Part shown: in pieces, positions 39,300 through 52,400 of the stretch
How positions within the stretch are numbered: the first letter of the stretch is position 1
Layout: each line of letters starts with the position of its first letter
NCBI RefSeq assembly: GCF_003918875.1
Contig: NW_025765780.1
Coordinates: 186,001-250,000, forward strand
Direction: 5' to 3'
DNA: 64,000 nt
Origin: Haliotis rubra
Lineage: Eukaryota
Made by a program: the position numbers and the translations under genes
Notes under the pieces: model-generated
The model's database searches: none
Told to the model about the DNA's origin: nothing
What the model saw: only the letters and a program-made list of their open reading frames with translations

Positions 39300-41805
39300 T
39301 CTGCTCATAGTGTAAATATTCTTCATTACAATTAGGCAGATTATGTCTAGAGGGTTGTTATTTTTTCCCTTAAAACCAGGTAATGTATTTTACAGTGTTA
39401 ATTCAATATGTCCTTCGCCCAATATTTCAAGCCTTGAGGACAGTTCCGTCCACACTCCCTTCACAAAACTCCACACAAACAATAGGTGCCGTACAGACTC
39501 TCGTGTCTATTTATGAAATATGCATAATGATGTTTCTTTAATTCCAGTCTGTTGTAAATAAGTATTAGTTGTTAAAATATTCTGAGTAATTTTATATTAG
39601 AAATATTCATTTTGGGAAAATCGTCTTCCTAATATTTCTTCTCATTTAAGCTGACCTGTTTTAACAAAGGTAAAGTCGCATAGCATTTGGTAATAATATT
39701 TACTTTTCTTTCCATTTGTCATTAAACTTATATTAAATGGTAAAATAGGATATACTTGTTTATTTTGAAGCATTTTAACAGACATGTTTTTCTTCTTGAA
39801 GTAGTCAAGTACTGCATTCTTAATGCTAAGGTATTCACGAAAATTAGTGTCAATATTGAACTGCTTTTAATATATTCAAGGGAGTGAATGATACCATTTT
39901 GATATATAATATGACTCAAAAATATCATTCCCTTTTCCTCCCATGTCTTGAAACAAACCGGTTGTCCTTCTATTAAGATGCTATAATTACACCATAATGA
40001 TTGGCGTAATATATCCTTTCCCTCAGATACCTTTTGGTGGCCAATGTTTATAAAACTCTGACCATGCTTTCTTTACATCTATCCAAAATTTATTTGTGAT
40101 TTTGGGTAGTATATTTCTGACAATATATTCTCCATCAGCCGTCCATAGCCTTGACAAGTTTGGAATGTATATTGAAGTTTTATGTTTCCATAATGTATCC
40201 TCATTCAATAATCTGTTAATCCACATCAACTTTTGTGCTTCAATAGTATATGTTATAATTGGAACATTAATACCTCCATATTTTAGACTGGAAGTCACTA
40301 CTGCTCTTTTGACCTTGTCTCTTTTTCCCTGCCAGATGAAGTTAAAACATGTATTTTGTAGTACGTCAATTGTGTCATCTGGTGGGGTGGGTACAGTAGA
40401 AAAAAGACGATTTGTTTTTGGTAAAAGTAATGATTTCAGAACAACATTCCTCCCCATAGGTGTAAGTGATCTTAAGGACCACATTTTTTTTATCTCCTTG
40501 TCTATTTTTTCAAGTTTTTCTGTATAATTGATATTTAACAATGAGTCAGGATCTGCATAAAAAATAATGCCTAAAGGTTTGAATTGAGATTGTGACCAAT
40601 CAAGGTTGTACTTTTTGCATAATACGTGTTTAGACCTCTTTTTAGATTCTATCCAGATCAATCTGTGTGTTTTTTCTGCGTTTACCTTGAGTCCTGAAAA
40701 TCTAGCATAGAATTTAAGTGTACTGAGCACTCCATACAGACTTTCATTTCTGTCCCATCTAATAACACTGTAGTTTCATCAACAAATTGAGAGAGAAGAC
40801 TTTCCAAATTACCAATTTTAACACGTTTTATGTTCTTTTAATTTTTTATTAACAGGGCTAGAATTTCTGCACACAGAATAAAGATATACGGCGATACTGG
40901 ATCTCCCTGTCTACAGCCTCTAGAAATTTTGAAGAAAGAACTTCAAAACCCATTTACTAACACGCCCGATTCAACATCATTGAAGGACGTTGAAATCCAT
41001 TTTTGTATAATGTGTCCAGAATTGAAAAACTTTAGTACATTCATTATAAAATGTCTGTCATCCGAGTCAAATGCCTTTTCAAAGTCAATGATAAGCAGTA
41101 ATCCAGGAATTTGGTAGTTCTCTGTATAGTCCATAACATCATAAATCAGGCGCGTTACCTCTCCTATATATCTACCTGGCACAGAACCTTTTTGATCATC
41201 ACTTATGATCAGAGGTAAAATTGGTTGAATTCTGTTTGCAATAACTGCCAAAGCTACCTTGTATGAGGTATTAAGTAGAGTTATAGGGCGCCATGATTTT
41301 AAAAATTGTTTTGGTTTATTTTCTTTGGGTAAACATGTGATTAGACCTTGTTTCTGTTTTACAGATATAGAGCCCCTATCGTAAGCATGGTTTAATGAGT
41401 TAATCAAATATATAGTTTTATCATTCTGCACTAAATCCACCCGGTCCTGGTGATTTATCATTTTTCATATTTTTTAGAGCAGCTAAGCATTCGTCGTATG
41501 TCAATCTTCCTTCTAGTTTTAATACTTCTTCTTCAAGTATTTTTATTTATATTAGTTTCTGAGAAAAGATTTTCAAGATCAATCTGTGTACATTCTTCAC
41601 TTGCATATAGTCTCTTATAAAATGTCCTAGTCCTTATTTATCTATGATTGTTCCATCATTTTTCTCAAGTTTGGTAAAGGATTTATCGAAGAAATTTCTA
41701 GATTCTAATTGCAAAAAGTATTTACTTGGCTTTTCTCCATATTCTATCCATTTTGCTCTAGGTCTTATCAATTATCCTTGAGTTTTTTCCTTCTCTATTT
41801 TATCT
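39300..41805 (-). mobile_element. L1/Tx1-clade LINE ORF2 fragment, decayed
   Basis: GEKPSKYF, WRPITLLNTSYK, IIDFEKAFDS, GCRQGDPVSPYIF, FSGLKVNAEKT and FNFIWQGKRDKVKR; frameshifted. Confidence 0.92.
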
Positions 41806-42350
41806 ATAGTATGACCAGAAATTATTGAGAATTTTAGGAACATGTTTAATTGGATTTCTAGTATAAATAACCTTGACCAGCTATCAAGTGCTTGTTTTCA
41901 TTCAAGAGAGACAACTCCGTTAATCCTTTTTCATCAGTTTGTGAAGAGTTATCCCCCTTTGTTTACTTGCTAGCAGACGACATTTTCAGTGATCCTCAGT
42001 ATGGATGATTTAGAGAAGTGGAAGTTGAGTTTAGAGTATTATAGCAAGGACAGCAGATCAGCTAAAGTGATTTCAAGGTGTTTAGAAAACTTAAGGCTGG
42101 ATATGATTGATAGAGGAATTGTGGCTGTCTGTAAGGAGACAATTAGAACTTAGCTGCATGCAGTGGGTTGGCAGAAAAGTCGAGGAATTCCATCACCGAT
42201 CATGAAACCTGAACAAAAGGAGCGAAGGTTGAACTGGTGCTTACAGCATAGAAATATTAACTGGGACAATGTGATTTTCTCAGATGAAAGTTCTGTGTGG
42301 CTGTTTCCTAATACATTGAAATTCTTGAACATTCTAATACATTGAACATA
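41806..42350 (+). mobile_element. 5' fragment of a Tc1/mariner-superfamily element
   Basis: RRLNWCLQHRNINWDNVIFSDESSVW contains the first catalytic Asp; the element begins at a TA that truncates the L1 fragment. Confidence 0.75.
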
Positions 42351-42535
42351 CATAAATCAATATAGAAAATAATAAATTCAATGAGACAATATCCTATTGT
42401 AAATGAATTCCACACACAATTTATAAGACCCCGTTTCGCATTTGTGTGGGATGGGTGTAATGTTGAATTATCAACTCGTACAACATGAAAAAAGAACTGA
42501 CCAGAATAGCTCTCCCAGATTATACTTCCCACATA

Positions 42536-43364
42536 TAAACTGATGTGCAAAAGAAAGTACACAGGTTGTGTTTCTTCCAATAAGATAAAAATAACAAAAC
42601 CTTTTGATGAAATAGAAAATGTATGTTGAAGCACACTGCAATACACGTGTTTTATCAGCAAAATGACATTGTAACAATAAACAGCGATGTAGTGATGACC
42701 ACTGCAGACGGTTCCTACGATGCTGGAAGGTCAAGGCCATTCCACGAAGCGGTCGGTAGGCCCATACATGCCAGCAGGGCGAAGTCGTCTTGTCACTGTG
42801 AATCGGCTTACGCGATGACCCAATGATGTGGCTGCTGATGACTTCACCGTCAACATCCAGTTGCGTAGGTGAATAGCCCGCAGAAAGCGATCCTCTTGGG
42901 GGGTTGTGACTCTGGAACGTCCACTTCTGGGTCTATCACATGTCTGGCCTGTCGTACTGAAACGGTTAAACAGCCGAATTATGGTTTGTCTTGTGCAACC
43001 CAATGTCCTTGCAATATCGCTGTTGAAAGCACCCATTTGTGTCATTCCTTTAGCCCGTTCTCGTTGCGCCGACGTCAATCTTGGTATTTCCTCGTGAGAT
43101 TTCTGTCAAGTGATTGTTCAGTCTTCACGACAAACAGGTTTTATACTCTCTGTCAGAAAAGTGCTGGTGCATGGAACAATAATCACAATTTTGCAAAAAT
43201 TCGTGCAAAACACGTATAAATGTTTTTGGTTGCATTTCGGCAAATAAAACATGATGGTTGCGTTCTATACAATCAATGTTTTTCAATAATTTTATTAGTT
43301 AGAACGCATATTTGGGATTGCAACAACAATTACACCTGTGTACTTTCTTTTGCACGTCAGTTTA
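42536..43364 (-). mobile_element. Internally deleted Tc1 element (DNA-binding domain retained, DDE domain lost)
   Basis: 30-bp TIRs TAAACTGAYGTGCAAAAGAAAGTACACAGG. ORF 42731-43078 has an HTH and DRPRSGRSRVTT but no catalytic motifs. Confidence 0.93.
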
Positions 43365-45589
43365 TCTGTATAATGGTAAAGGGTAGGGAAGCCTTCATGG
43401 GAGGAAGTGGAAACGTTGTTGGTCCAAGCAGTAATATTGTCCCAACGTATCTCAAAGACTCCAACTACTGTTAATGTTCCTGGTAAAGAAGTATCTGGAC
43501 AGAAAGTTTGATGATACAGTAAAACTATCTAAAAGGTTAACACTGAAATATCCTGCTACACAATTATTGTTAACTCCTAAAGATCGTAAACCCGTGTTTG
43601 TGTGTGTGTATCATGACAGAATGGTTGCACTTCTTTATCAATGTGCACACCAGGCCACTGGCCCTGTTTAACAGCCGCATTTCCAACATGCAGGAGGGCT
43701 GCAAAACAACCATGTATGTTTTAATCTTAATGAAACGTGTATTACCAGCTTCTACTTTGAGATAAAAGTGTGAATATGAATATGTCAAATGTATTTGTAG
43801 TTATTCTAACCTGTATAGTCATGTTTTGTATGCTCTGTAATTTGGTTCATTGTATTCTGAATGCGTATCTAAAACATTTAGGCTTGCATTTCCTTCTGTA
43901 TTGTTGAGTGAGAAGGGCCTTGTTTGGTTCAGCCCATCGATAGTAATTACTTCTTATGGGTGATCTTCATACAGTATGCAAATAAACGACGTGTGTCGTA
44001 CGAGCCCGTCCTTTGTCCTTGGGACTAGCCCGCGACACACAGAATGTTGTCAGAGTTTCAGTGTTAGTTCCAGAGGCTCTGAGTGTGGCTGGTGATCACA
44101 GTGATTATTGTACACATGTTGTTTGCTGGCAATGTGTTTATGAATCATGTTTTCGTGCTATAATTGCTTGGGCTACTTCTACAGATACACACCTTTTGAC
44201 GTATTATCTTTATGGAGGTCGATCGTCAGCAATCTTTGTAATGAACTGTTTAGGACGCTAACCTCCTCCCATTAGCTGTGTATGTGTTGCATCCCGTCAC
44301 CAGACTTCCGTCAGCTCTTACTTATACCCAAGAATCAAACAACCCAGACTGAGATCACCCAAACTTAAAATGGTGTTAGATAAAGAGGACTTTTTTAACT
44401 TTTGAGTAAGGTATTCAGAATATCTCCCCTGGATTCGTATTATTGGTAATTATGTAGTGAATGAAATAAGTCCCGTCCGACCGAATGAGACGGGCTAGAA
44501 TTTTGGAGGACGATGTAAAGTTACAGCTAGCCAGCCCGATGGTCTGGTAACAAGTTTAGATAACATATTCCATCCCTTCGACTCTGGGTCTTTGAGTCGG
44601 ATTTCTCTGAAAATGACTGTTGTGAGTAGACTGTTACAGTAAATACATGCCCCAGGCTCATTATTCATTGTAACCGAAAGTTGAGTTATTTTCTTTGGAT
44701 TGTCTGGTCTGGTTAAGTCCATTTTGGGCTGGTAACATTTTGAAGTTACCAGCCCTGATGTCTGGCTGGGTATTTGGCTTATTTCATACAATGAATTATG
44801 CCTTTATGGTTCTACAAGTTAGAATGTTTTAACGCATTAGGAAGATAGTCTGAATTACGTTTGAAATTCGTCCCACGATTGCTTGTAGGTGTAAAATTAA
44901 TTCCTCGATTTCGGAGAAAACACCGAGGCTCACGTTTTGTGTACAGTCGTTTTGATCTAGTCAAAGTGTGACTTACTGACGACACTCTTTCTGACAGTCT
45001 CAAAACTTTTGAATTTTCTGCTGATGAATCCATTTAATATCATCATTCATTTTTTTTCAAAAACTTGTGAACCAAACTTACCAATGTTATTAGACAAGCA
45101 CTCGTTCCTTTTCTCTCCTAATCTAAGAAGCAACCGTACCCGCTCCCAGTCTACGTCAAGCAACTGTCGAGCGGCATTGCTGTCCCCGCTTTAACTTGTC
45201 CAAACATAGAGTAGTGCATCCAGTCACGTGCCATTTTGTGTCGGTCGTCTTAACTTCCTTTCGAACCCCCTAAGCCTATAACTGAATCTTTTTTTTAACA
45301 TGAAAGTGTCGACTTACGTTTACAGCTTCTGATTTCTTGTCGAATCGACCATTTTTGGTCCGCGGTTAATTCTTAGTCATGGGGGTTGCCATATTGTTGT
45401 AGGCAGAGACGTGCGCTACGATAGTGATAAACGATCTCTTCGAGGAAATCTCCTCTTGCAAAAACATAATTTCCGGACAATGACTCTCTTTGGGTCTGCA
45501 CCGGAACCATTAAAATAGCTAATAAGCTATATTCAGGAACCTCACTTATCTCAGTACAAGCACTAACAGGCGAAATTCCATTAGAACTA

Positions 45590-48240
45590 AGATGAGAACA
45601 GTTAACTATAAACCTCTGGGCATCGACCCAAACAAACCCCTTAATGAAACAACTTATAAATACCAGTATAAGCCCCAAACTGCAAGCGCTTGCTCGCAAA
45701 CGCCTTTTTCTAACCCCAATATGGCAACCCATAAGAAACCTCAAAACAGTATCTTCACACCTAAACTAACAATTCCCAAAATAAACACAAAACTCTCCTC
45801 ACAAACAAACAAACCGAAACATCGCAAAATAACCCAGGACTAGCTTACATTCATGAACGCTGGCCAAACGTACAAGTTTCGGTACCTACATATCACAACT
45901 CTTCAGACAAACTAAATCATACAGATTCCCTGACAGCCAATCAATATTCACGGCATAATTAACGGGCATAGTAACAGCACTCCATGACCCGCTCGTCAAA
46001 TAACACAATACAATTTCAATTCTAACAGATTCACTCAGCGGGCTTCAAGCAAACAACAACAACAACAAACCCAAATTACCAGTTCATGTTGGATCCCTGC
46101 CAATGTTGGTGTGTTTAGCAACGAACATACTGACAAAGCAGCCAAAGCGGCACTTAAACTTCCAGAAGTTAACTTAAACATACTATTATCTAAAACCGAA
46201 ATCAAAAGCCTATCAAAACAAATCAATCTTCCAAAAGTGGAAAAGTAAATACCAAAATTCAAATTCTAAACAAAAGAAATCAACTCCAAAAATAATTTTA
46301 AAATACCATCATCAATCTAAAAATATACTGAACATCACTGAAAACGCACCACTTATAAAAGTTCAGATTATTAAAGGCACGTGTAAGGAATTGATATTTT
46401 TTGAGTGGATAATAACAGATGGACGACTGACAAAAACAACAACACAGAAAAGACGCTAACTCACTGAAACGTTCCACAGTCAGAAAGGATCAAACACACG
46501 TGGGGTCAAATCGAGAAGTAAATACCGCGTGTGGGCGCCATTTGCATTGACACATGCAGTTCAACGTATCCTCATTGAGTCAATAAGCGTCCGAATAGAG
46601 TTCTTGAGGATGGCATTCCACTTCTGCAGTAGTGCAGCCTCAAGTTCCCGGATGTTTCGCATCTGTTGCCACGAAAGACTTTGACCAATTTCGTCCCACA
46701 AGTGCTCCAGTGATGTGTTGCTGGGCCATGCCAGATACTGCATGGAAAGTCTTCTTGTGTTGTGCGCGTGTGTTGTCCTGTTGAAAAGTATGGACATCTT
46801 GGTGGTGATTGAAGACAGATACGATGTGATTCTGAAGAATCTGCTCACGGTAATAAAGGACATTAACTCCCCCTTAACAGACAGGAAGACACTCCTGTGA
46901 TTGTAATTTATTCCACCCCAGACCATGACACTCCCACCACCCAAAGGTCTGTCTGAACCACACACTCATCAGCATAACGTTCACCACGTCTACGCCAAAC
47001 ACGTAATCGGCCGTCAGCATTACGTAAATGAAGACGTGACTCGTCAGTGACTACCACACCATGCCATTGTTGTAACCTTTACTGGAAATGCCTGCTAGCC
47101 CATTGTATACGCTCATTACGGTGTCTGTCAGTCAGAATTGGTCCAACGTAAGGACGTCGAGCATGGAGCCCTGTAGCGTGTAGACGTACGACGTCGCATG
47201 GAGTCAGCGCTGATGACACCCACGTCAACCTTGAACCAGTGCAGCAGTGCTGGCAGTCGGCAGTGTTCAATCACTGATATGGACAAGGTCAATATGGCGA
47301 TCCTGATGGAGCGTCGTAACACGTTGTTGCCAAGGTCATTGAAGGTCACGGGTGCTGCCTGTCTACTGATTTCGTCTATGAAGCCTAACGATGGTGGAGT
47401 GGCCAAGTCCTAGTTGTCGAGCAATATCCCTGCTGCTGGTGCCAGCCTGAATCATGCCTAGTGCACGTTCTTTCGTGAGGTGTTAACCTCGGCATCTCTG
47501 TCCTCGTTTCACAATCGTTAGTGAAGCAATGAGAATCGGTTCTCATACACCTGCTTTTAATGTCACAGTCAGTGTGACTTCAGAATGAATTTCTTCATTG
47601 CGTGGCTGCTTGTTGATGGATTTTGGAATTAAGAGTCATACTGTGGACAGGAATTTGTTTCTAAAGCATTTTTTCAACTGGACACGCCCTTCGACGTCAT
47701 GTTAGTTATATTCATTGATCATTGTCATGCTGAAATCCATCTTGATGAAAATATGGACAATTTTAGACTGGTGCGTTTTCAGTGATGTTCAGTATATATA
47801 TTAACAGGGCGATGACCAAATCACAAACAGGCAAACATTCCACACAAAATCACATTCCCATCTACATAAAACAAAAAACAACACCAGGAAACAGACAAAT
47901 GCACACACTGCAACGAAACAGAAACGCCTGAACACGTCCTATTACACTGCAAACACTACCAACAACACAAAATAATGATGAAGAGTTTACTGGTCACGAA
48001 GACACATACAATAATACAAACACTCCTAATCCCACTAAAAAGCACCCCCACACTTCAAAGCCGGAGGTATATATCTTATCAAAACTGGCCTTCTCGGTCG
48101 CATATAATACCACATAGCGAAATTGTGCTATCATAAGAAAAACATACAAAAAGAAAACACCTAAACAATCAAAACAGGTACCAAACAAACCATCCCGTAG
48201 CACATCCTCCCTTAAACTTCTGGCAAATTTCCAAAAAAAA
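45590..48240 (+). mobile_element. I-group LINE 3' fragment (RNase H and C-terminal zinc knuckle), interrupted by a Tc1
   Basis: WIPANVGVFSNEHTDKAAKAA at ~46090-46155 and CTHCNETETPEHVLLHC at ~47900-47950; A-rich end. Boundaries approximate. Confidence 0.75.
46326..47794 (-). mobile_element. Tc1-family transposon, decayed, nested in LINE fragment
   Basis: TIRs TACTGAACATCACTGAAAACGCACCA at both ends, flanked by TA; remnants ARRPYVGPIL, TDESR, GGGSVMVWGGI and LEHLWDEI. Confidence 0.95.
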
Positions 48241-49473
48241 ACTTCATACAGATTTAATCATGCAACCTTAACGCCCCATTCAGGTTACCATTTCTTTCGG
48301 TCAAATCGCCCCTCTTTCCATCAAACACTAAATGGCCTGGCGGGCCCGTGTCGGAAAGCGCACGCCAAATCTCCAAATCATCATCCTCACTGCAGAACTT
48401 CATTCTTGTGGTATAAGGTTCTACACTGATATGTGGCATCATAACTGAATAGAGAAGATGGCGTCCATAAAATATATCTGGGATTTTACTGTCATTTTGA
48501 GAATGATACCTCTCGCCAGTATCAGAATGATATGTTTCTTTTGAAGAAGTATTGTGAACTGCTCCAGCCTCTGTGCATCTGAACAAGTGGTGTCATTTTC
48601 CTTTCCATGATAGTTTTCTGTACATCAGTGGTGACCATGGCTTCATCCCTGCAGTCCCTGCAGAAGAGGACAACCTTACTGATCTATAACGCTGATGGCC
48701 CAGGTCACTAGAAATAATCACGGAAACACTCAGCTGAAACAACCAACTAATCAAGACAGTTTGAAACATTAAGCTCACAAATAGACTGAATAATTTTGTG
48801 GAAGCTGCGGTGTCCGAGTGGGTTACATGAATGACCAAGTGTTCTGGCGATTAGGCGCCTGAATCTGAGAGTGTGAGTTCGAATATACCGGATGGAACTC
48901 AACCCATCAACATTACTAGAATCTGTACTTTTCAGAGAAAGTGTAATCCCCAATATAGCTTGTGTTATAGATAATTCATATGTGTTCCCAATGTTCATTT
49001 ATTTCTTCGTTTGCCGTCATGCCTTGTATATTTTTAAATACGAATTAGTGGAGCACGCAAACTATAAAACCTCCAGGCGATCACCGATCAGTTGATCTGG
49101 ACACACGACTACACGCCAACAAACACACCCCTTCCCCAACACACATCCACACATTCGCATTGCACTATTAACCCCCACAACAGACACAGACAACCTGATC
49201 GATAGACAGACGTAATTACATGTCTTCAGTTAGCCACCTCAAGCATTTTGTGATATCACTACTATTGTTCCCCCACGATCCTGTAAACCCCGACCTGTGG
49301 ATACGTCAATGAAACTTTGTGTTTGGATCTGTTGCTTCAGGAAAATATATAATCTTAAGTGACTGTTACAGGGCCCTTTGATATCTAATATATCAAGTCA
49401 AGCCCATTGACGTAGTGAAGTCGTCATGTCGAACACATGTCTGGATACTTCCAGGGTGATGTAAACAAGCAAT

Positions 49474-52400
49474 TAGTCCCTGAGCCAGAACTTGAAAATA
49501 TAGAGTTGACTACCAAATTGTGGGCAAACAGCCACTGTGATTTTCATATAGCTCAAGGTATGTAGTTTATGGAATTACGTGATGGGTACCCCCCATGCCC
49601 AGCTATGTGGGTTTTTGGGCGGCCATTTTTAAAGATGGCCGCCATTTTCTTGAATCCGACTATCTGTCTACAAAAGCTGTGCTACAGCTAAAACTGTAAG
49701 CATTAGACATATAAATGTGGGTGAAATATGATCAGTATTCAATTTCCCACAGTTTGATATGTGACCTGTGAGGGTTCGGCATGATTTTTCTTTTAAATTG
49801 GGAAAAATGTATGACAAAATACGATTTCCCCCTAAAAATGCAGATAATTTGTTAATTTCTGGAAAAATAATGATAACAGAGAGGAGAACTTACATAATTT
49901 AGAACGCCTATGCCTCTAAGTATACATTTGTTCCATTTCATATTTAAATCTAAATTAAACTAGAATGTTAATCAGGTTTAGAACGCAGGTCCCATTTTTC
50001 ACTAAATAGTGTCCTTTCAGTACAAATTGACCATCACTCTCTGAAAACAATGACCAAGCTCAAATTGTAAGCTTGAAGTTAGGATAAAATATGTTCAGTA
50101 TGGATTTTTTTGATATGTAGTTTGTGTGGTTCAGCATGATTATTTTTTTTTAAATTGGGGAAGGTGTATGAAAAAATACGATTTCCCCCTAAAATGCAGA
50201 TGGTCTATTGCTCAAGATATCATCACAGGTGTCAGTATGGGGAAAACAGTTGACAGCAAAACACATACTACTTCCTGGGACTACCAAAACTCTCACAGGC
50301 AATATTGAATTAATGAAGATGAATAATTCTGGACATTCCAGTTCCTATTCAGCTTTAGAAGAAATTGATTAAGCATAAACAAACTCCAGCAAGTTTACTG
50401 TTTGGGCATTTGACAACATTGATAGACAAAAGGAAGTTCTATCTGGAGCAGGAACAACGCATCGTGTGAATGCAGTAATTGTCCAGCCACTAGCTATGTC
50501 ATGCACACACCCAAGACCTGTACCAATCATTCAACAAGAGAGTGAACAGGCGTAATATTTAGCCTTCTAACAAGCTTCTACCCATCTACACTGTTGGGAA
50601 AAAAGAAGTGACCCCCTCCCGTGAAACCTGATTCCAATCTTTCTCAAACTCTCCATAACTCAACCATCTCAGCACAACAACACAATCTGCTATGGATCCT
50701 TGATAGAAACTTTGAACCGTCTGATCAGGTGTTAAAGCCATGGACTGGCTTCAATATATTGTGTAGAGAGGAACCTGATGTGACAGCTGACAATTAAGGC
50801 AATTTACCTACAATCAATGCTCCAGCAACAGAAATCTCGACAGTGCAAGAGATTCTTCGACAGTCCATTGCTATTCAGACTCCGCTTGAGTTGCAGAAAC
50901 TTGCAGTGGTTTTGGATCAAGCTCTATTTGCAAAGGCTACTGAGACAGTATGGAGAGACAATGGACGCTTCAGAAAGGTTGTGCTAATGATGGGCAACTT
51001 TCACACAGTTTGGAATTTGATGTCAATTATTGGGAAGAAGTTTGGTGATGCTGGACCTTGCTGTAGAGTCAGAAATAGTTTCTGAAGGATCGATCAAGAA
51101 AGTATTGGAAGGCAAGCACTACAACCGAGCTGATGTGAAGATGTCTTCACAAACTTACTTATGAAGCAATGATGAGATATGATGAGATTGATTTGGCTGG
51201 TATTTGTGAAATTGCTTCAGCAAACATAGCCAAATATCCAACAACTTGACCTTTTCTTTGATGAGATATGTGAGCTCCATCAATGTTTAAGTCATGAAAC
51301 CCAAAGAGAAATGCCTTGAGAGCAGTTCCCGGATGGAAATCTGCAAATTGTTTTGCGCCCTGAAAGGTGACACCTCGCAGCTTTTTTGATGACCTATTTA
51401 AGATTTGGTTGAAATCTTGCTTGGGCTCATATGTGCAGATAGAGAAGACAATTGTTACATCCACCTCGCTTGTATTCGTGACTTGATACCTTGGTGCTTT
51501 GCCACAAACTATGACAAACTATGCAAGATACCTTCCTGTTTAAAATACACAGATGACTCGGCTCCAAGAAGCATCTCCAGAATTGCACAACCATGTTCAT
51601 AACAAAGGATTTTCAGTTCAGTTTAGCAATACAGATGCTTTAGGACAAATTGCTGTTGACCAAGCCACAGAGAAAACGGTAAACAAAGATACACAAATGG
51701 CCGGTGGATCTCCAGGCTTCAGCATGAAACCAGGAACCGTGTTTCGATACTACCTGACAGCAGAGCACAGAGCTACAGCCCTGCGGCAACGTCATCATGA
51801 AGTGTCTTTCAAATCGCTGTGCCATGCTGACCTGGATAAAACATGAACACAGGAGGACAAATGTGACGTCCAAACACTTGTTGACATTCTCTATAGTATT
51901 TGTTGGAAATCATATAGAACTGATATATATATATCATCAGGGATTGCGGATACATCTCACGTATCATTTGATCTTTTGACTGCACACCAGAAAGGACTAG
52001 ACACATACAACAAATTCCAGGATAAACTAGAGAAGGGGGGGGGGGGGAGGCTTTCATGACACAATGAAGAAACACAACTTGAAAACATTCACTGAAATGA
52101 AGAACAAATCACCAAAAGTTCCTGACAAACACATCGTGTGGAAAGCAGACGAGATAATTTGGAAATATGGGGCTAATTGCCCAAGACCGAAATGGAACAT
52201 GAGAAAAGTCCTCTGTCATCCTTTAGGACCATTGCAATGGTCAATGGCGAATGGTGATGAAACACTAAAAAGACCAACAAAGCCATGCTAGCAAGCCATC
52301 TTGAAAGCAAAGTATCTTCAGCTGAAACCACTCCAAAACAAAGAACTGCGCTTCTTGATGCCATGGCAATCCTCCAGAAGCTTCATGGCGACAACCATAC

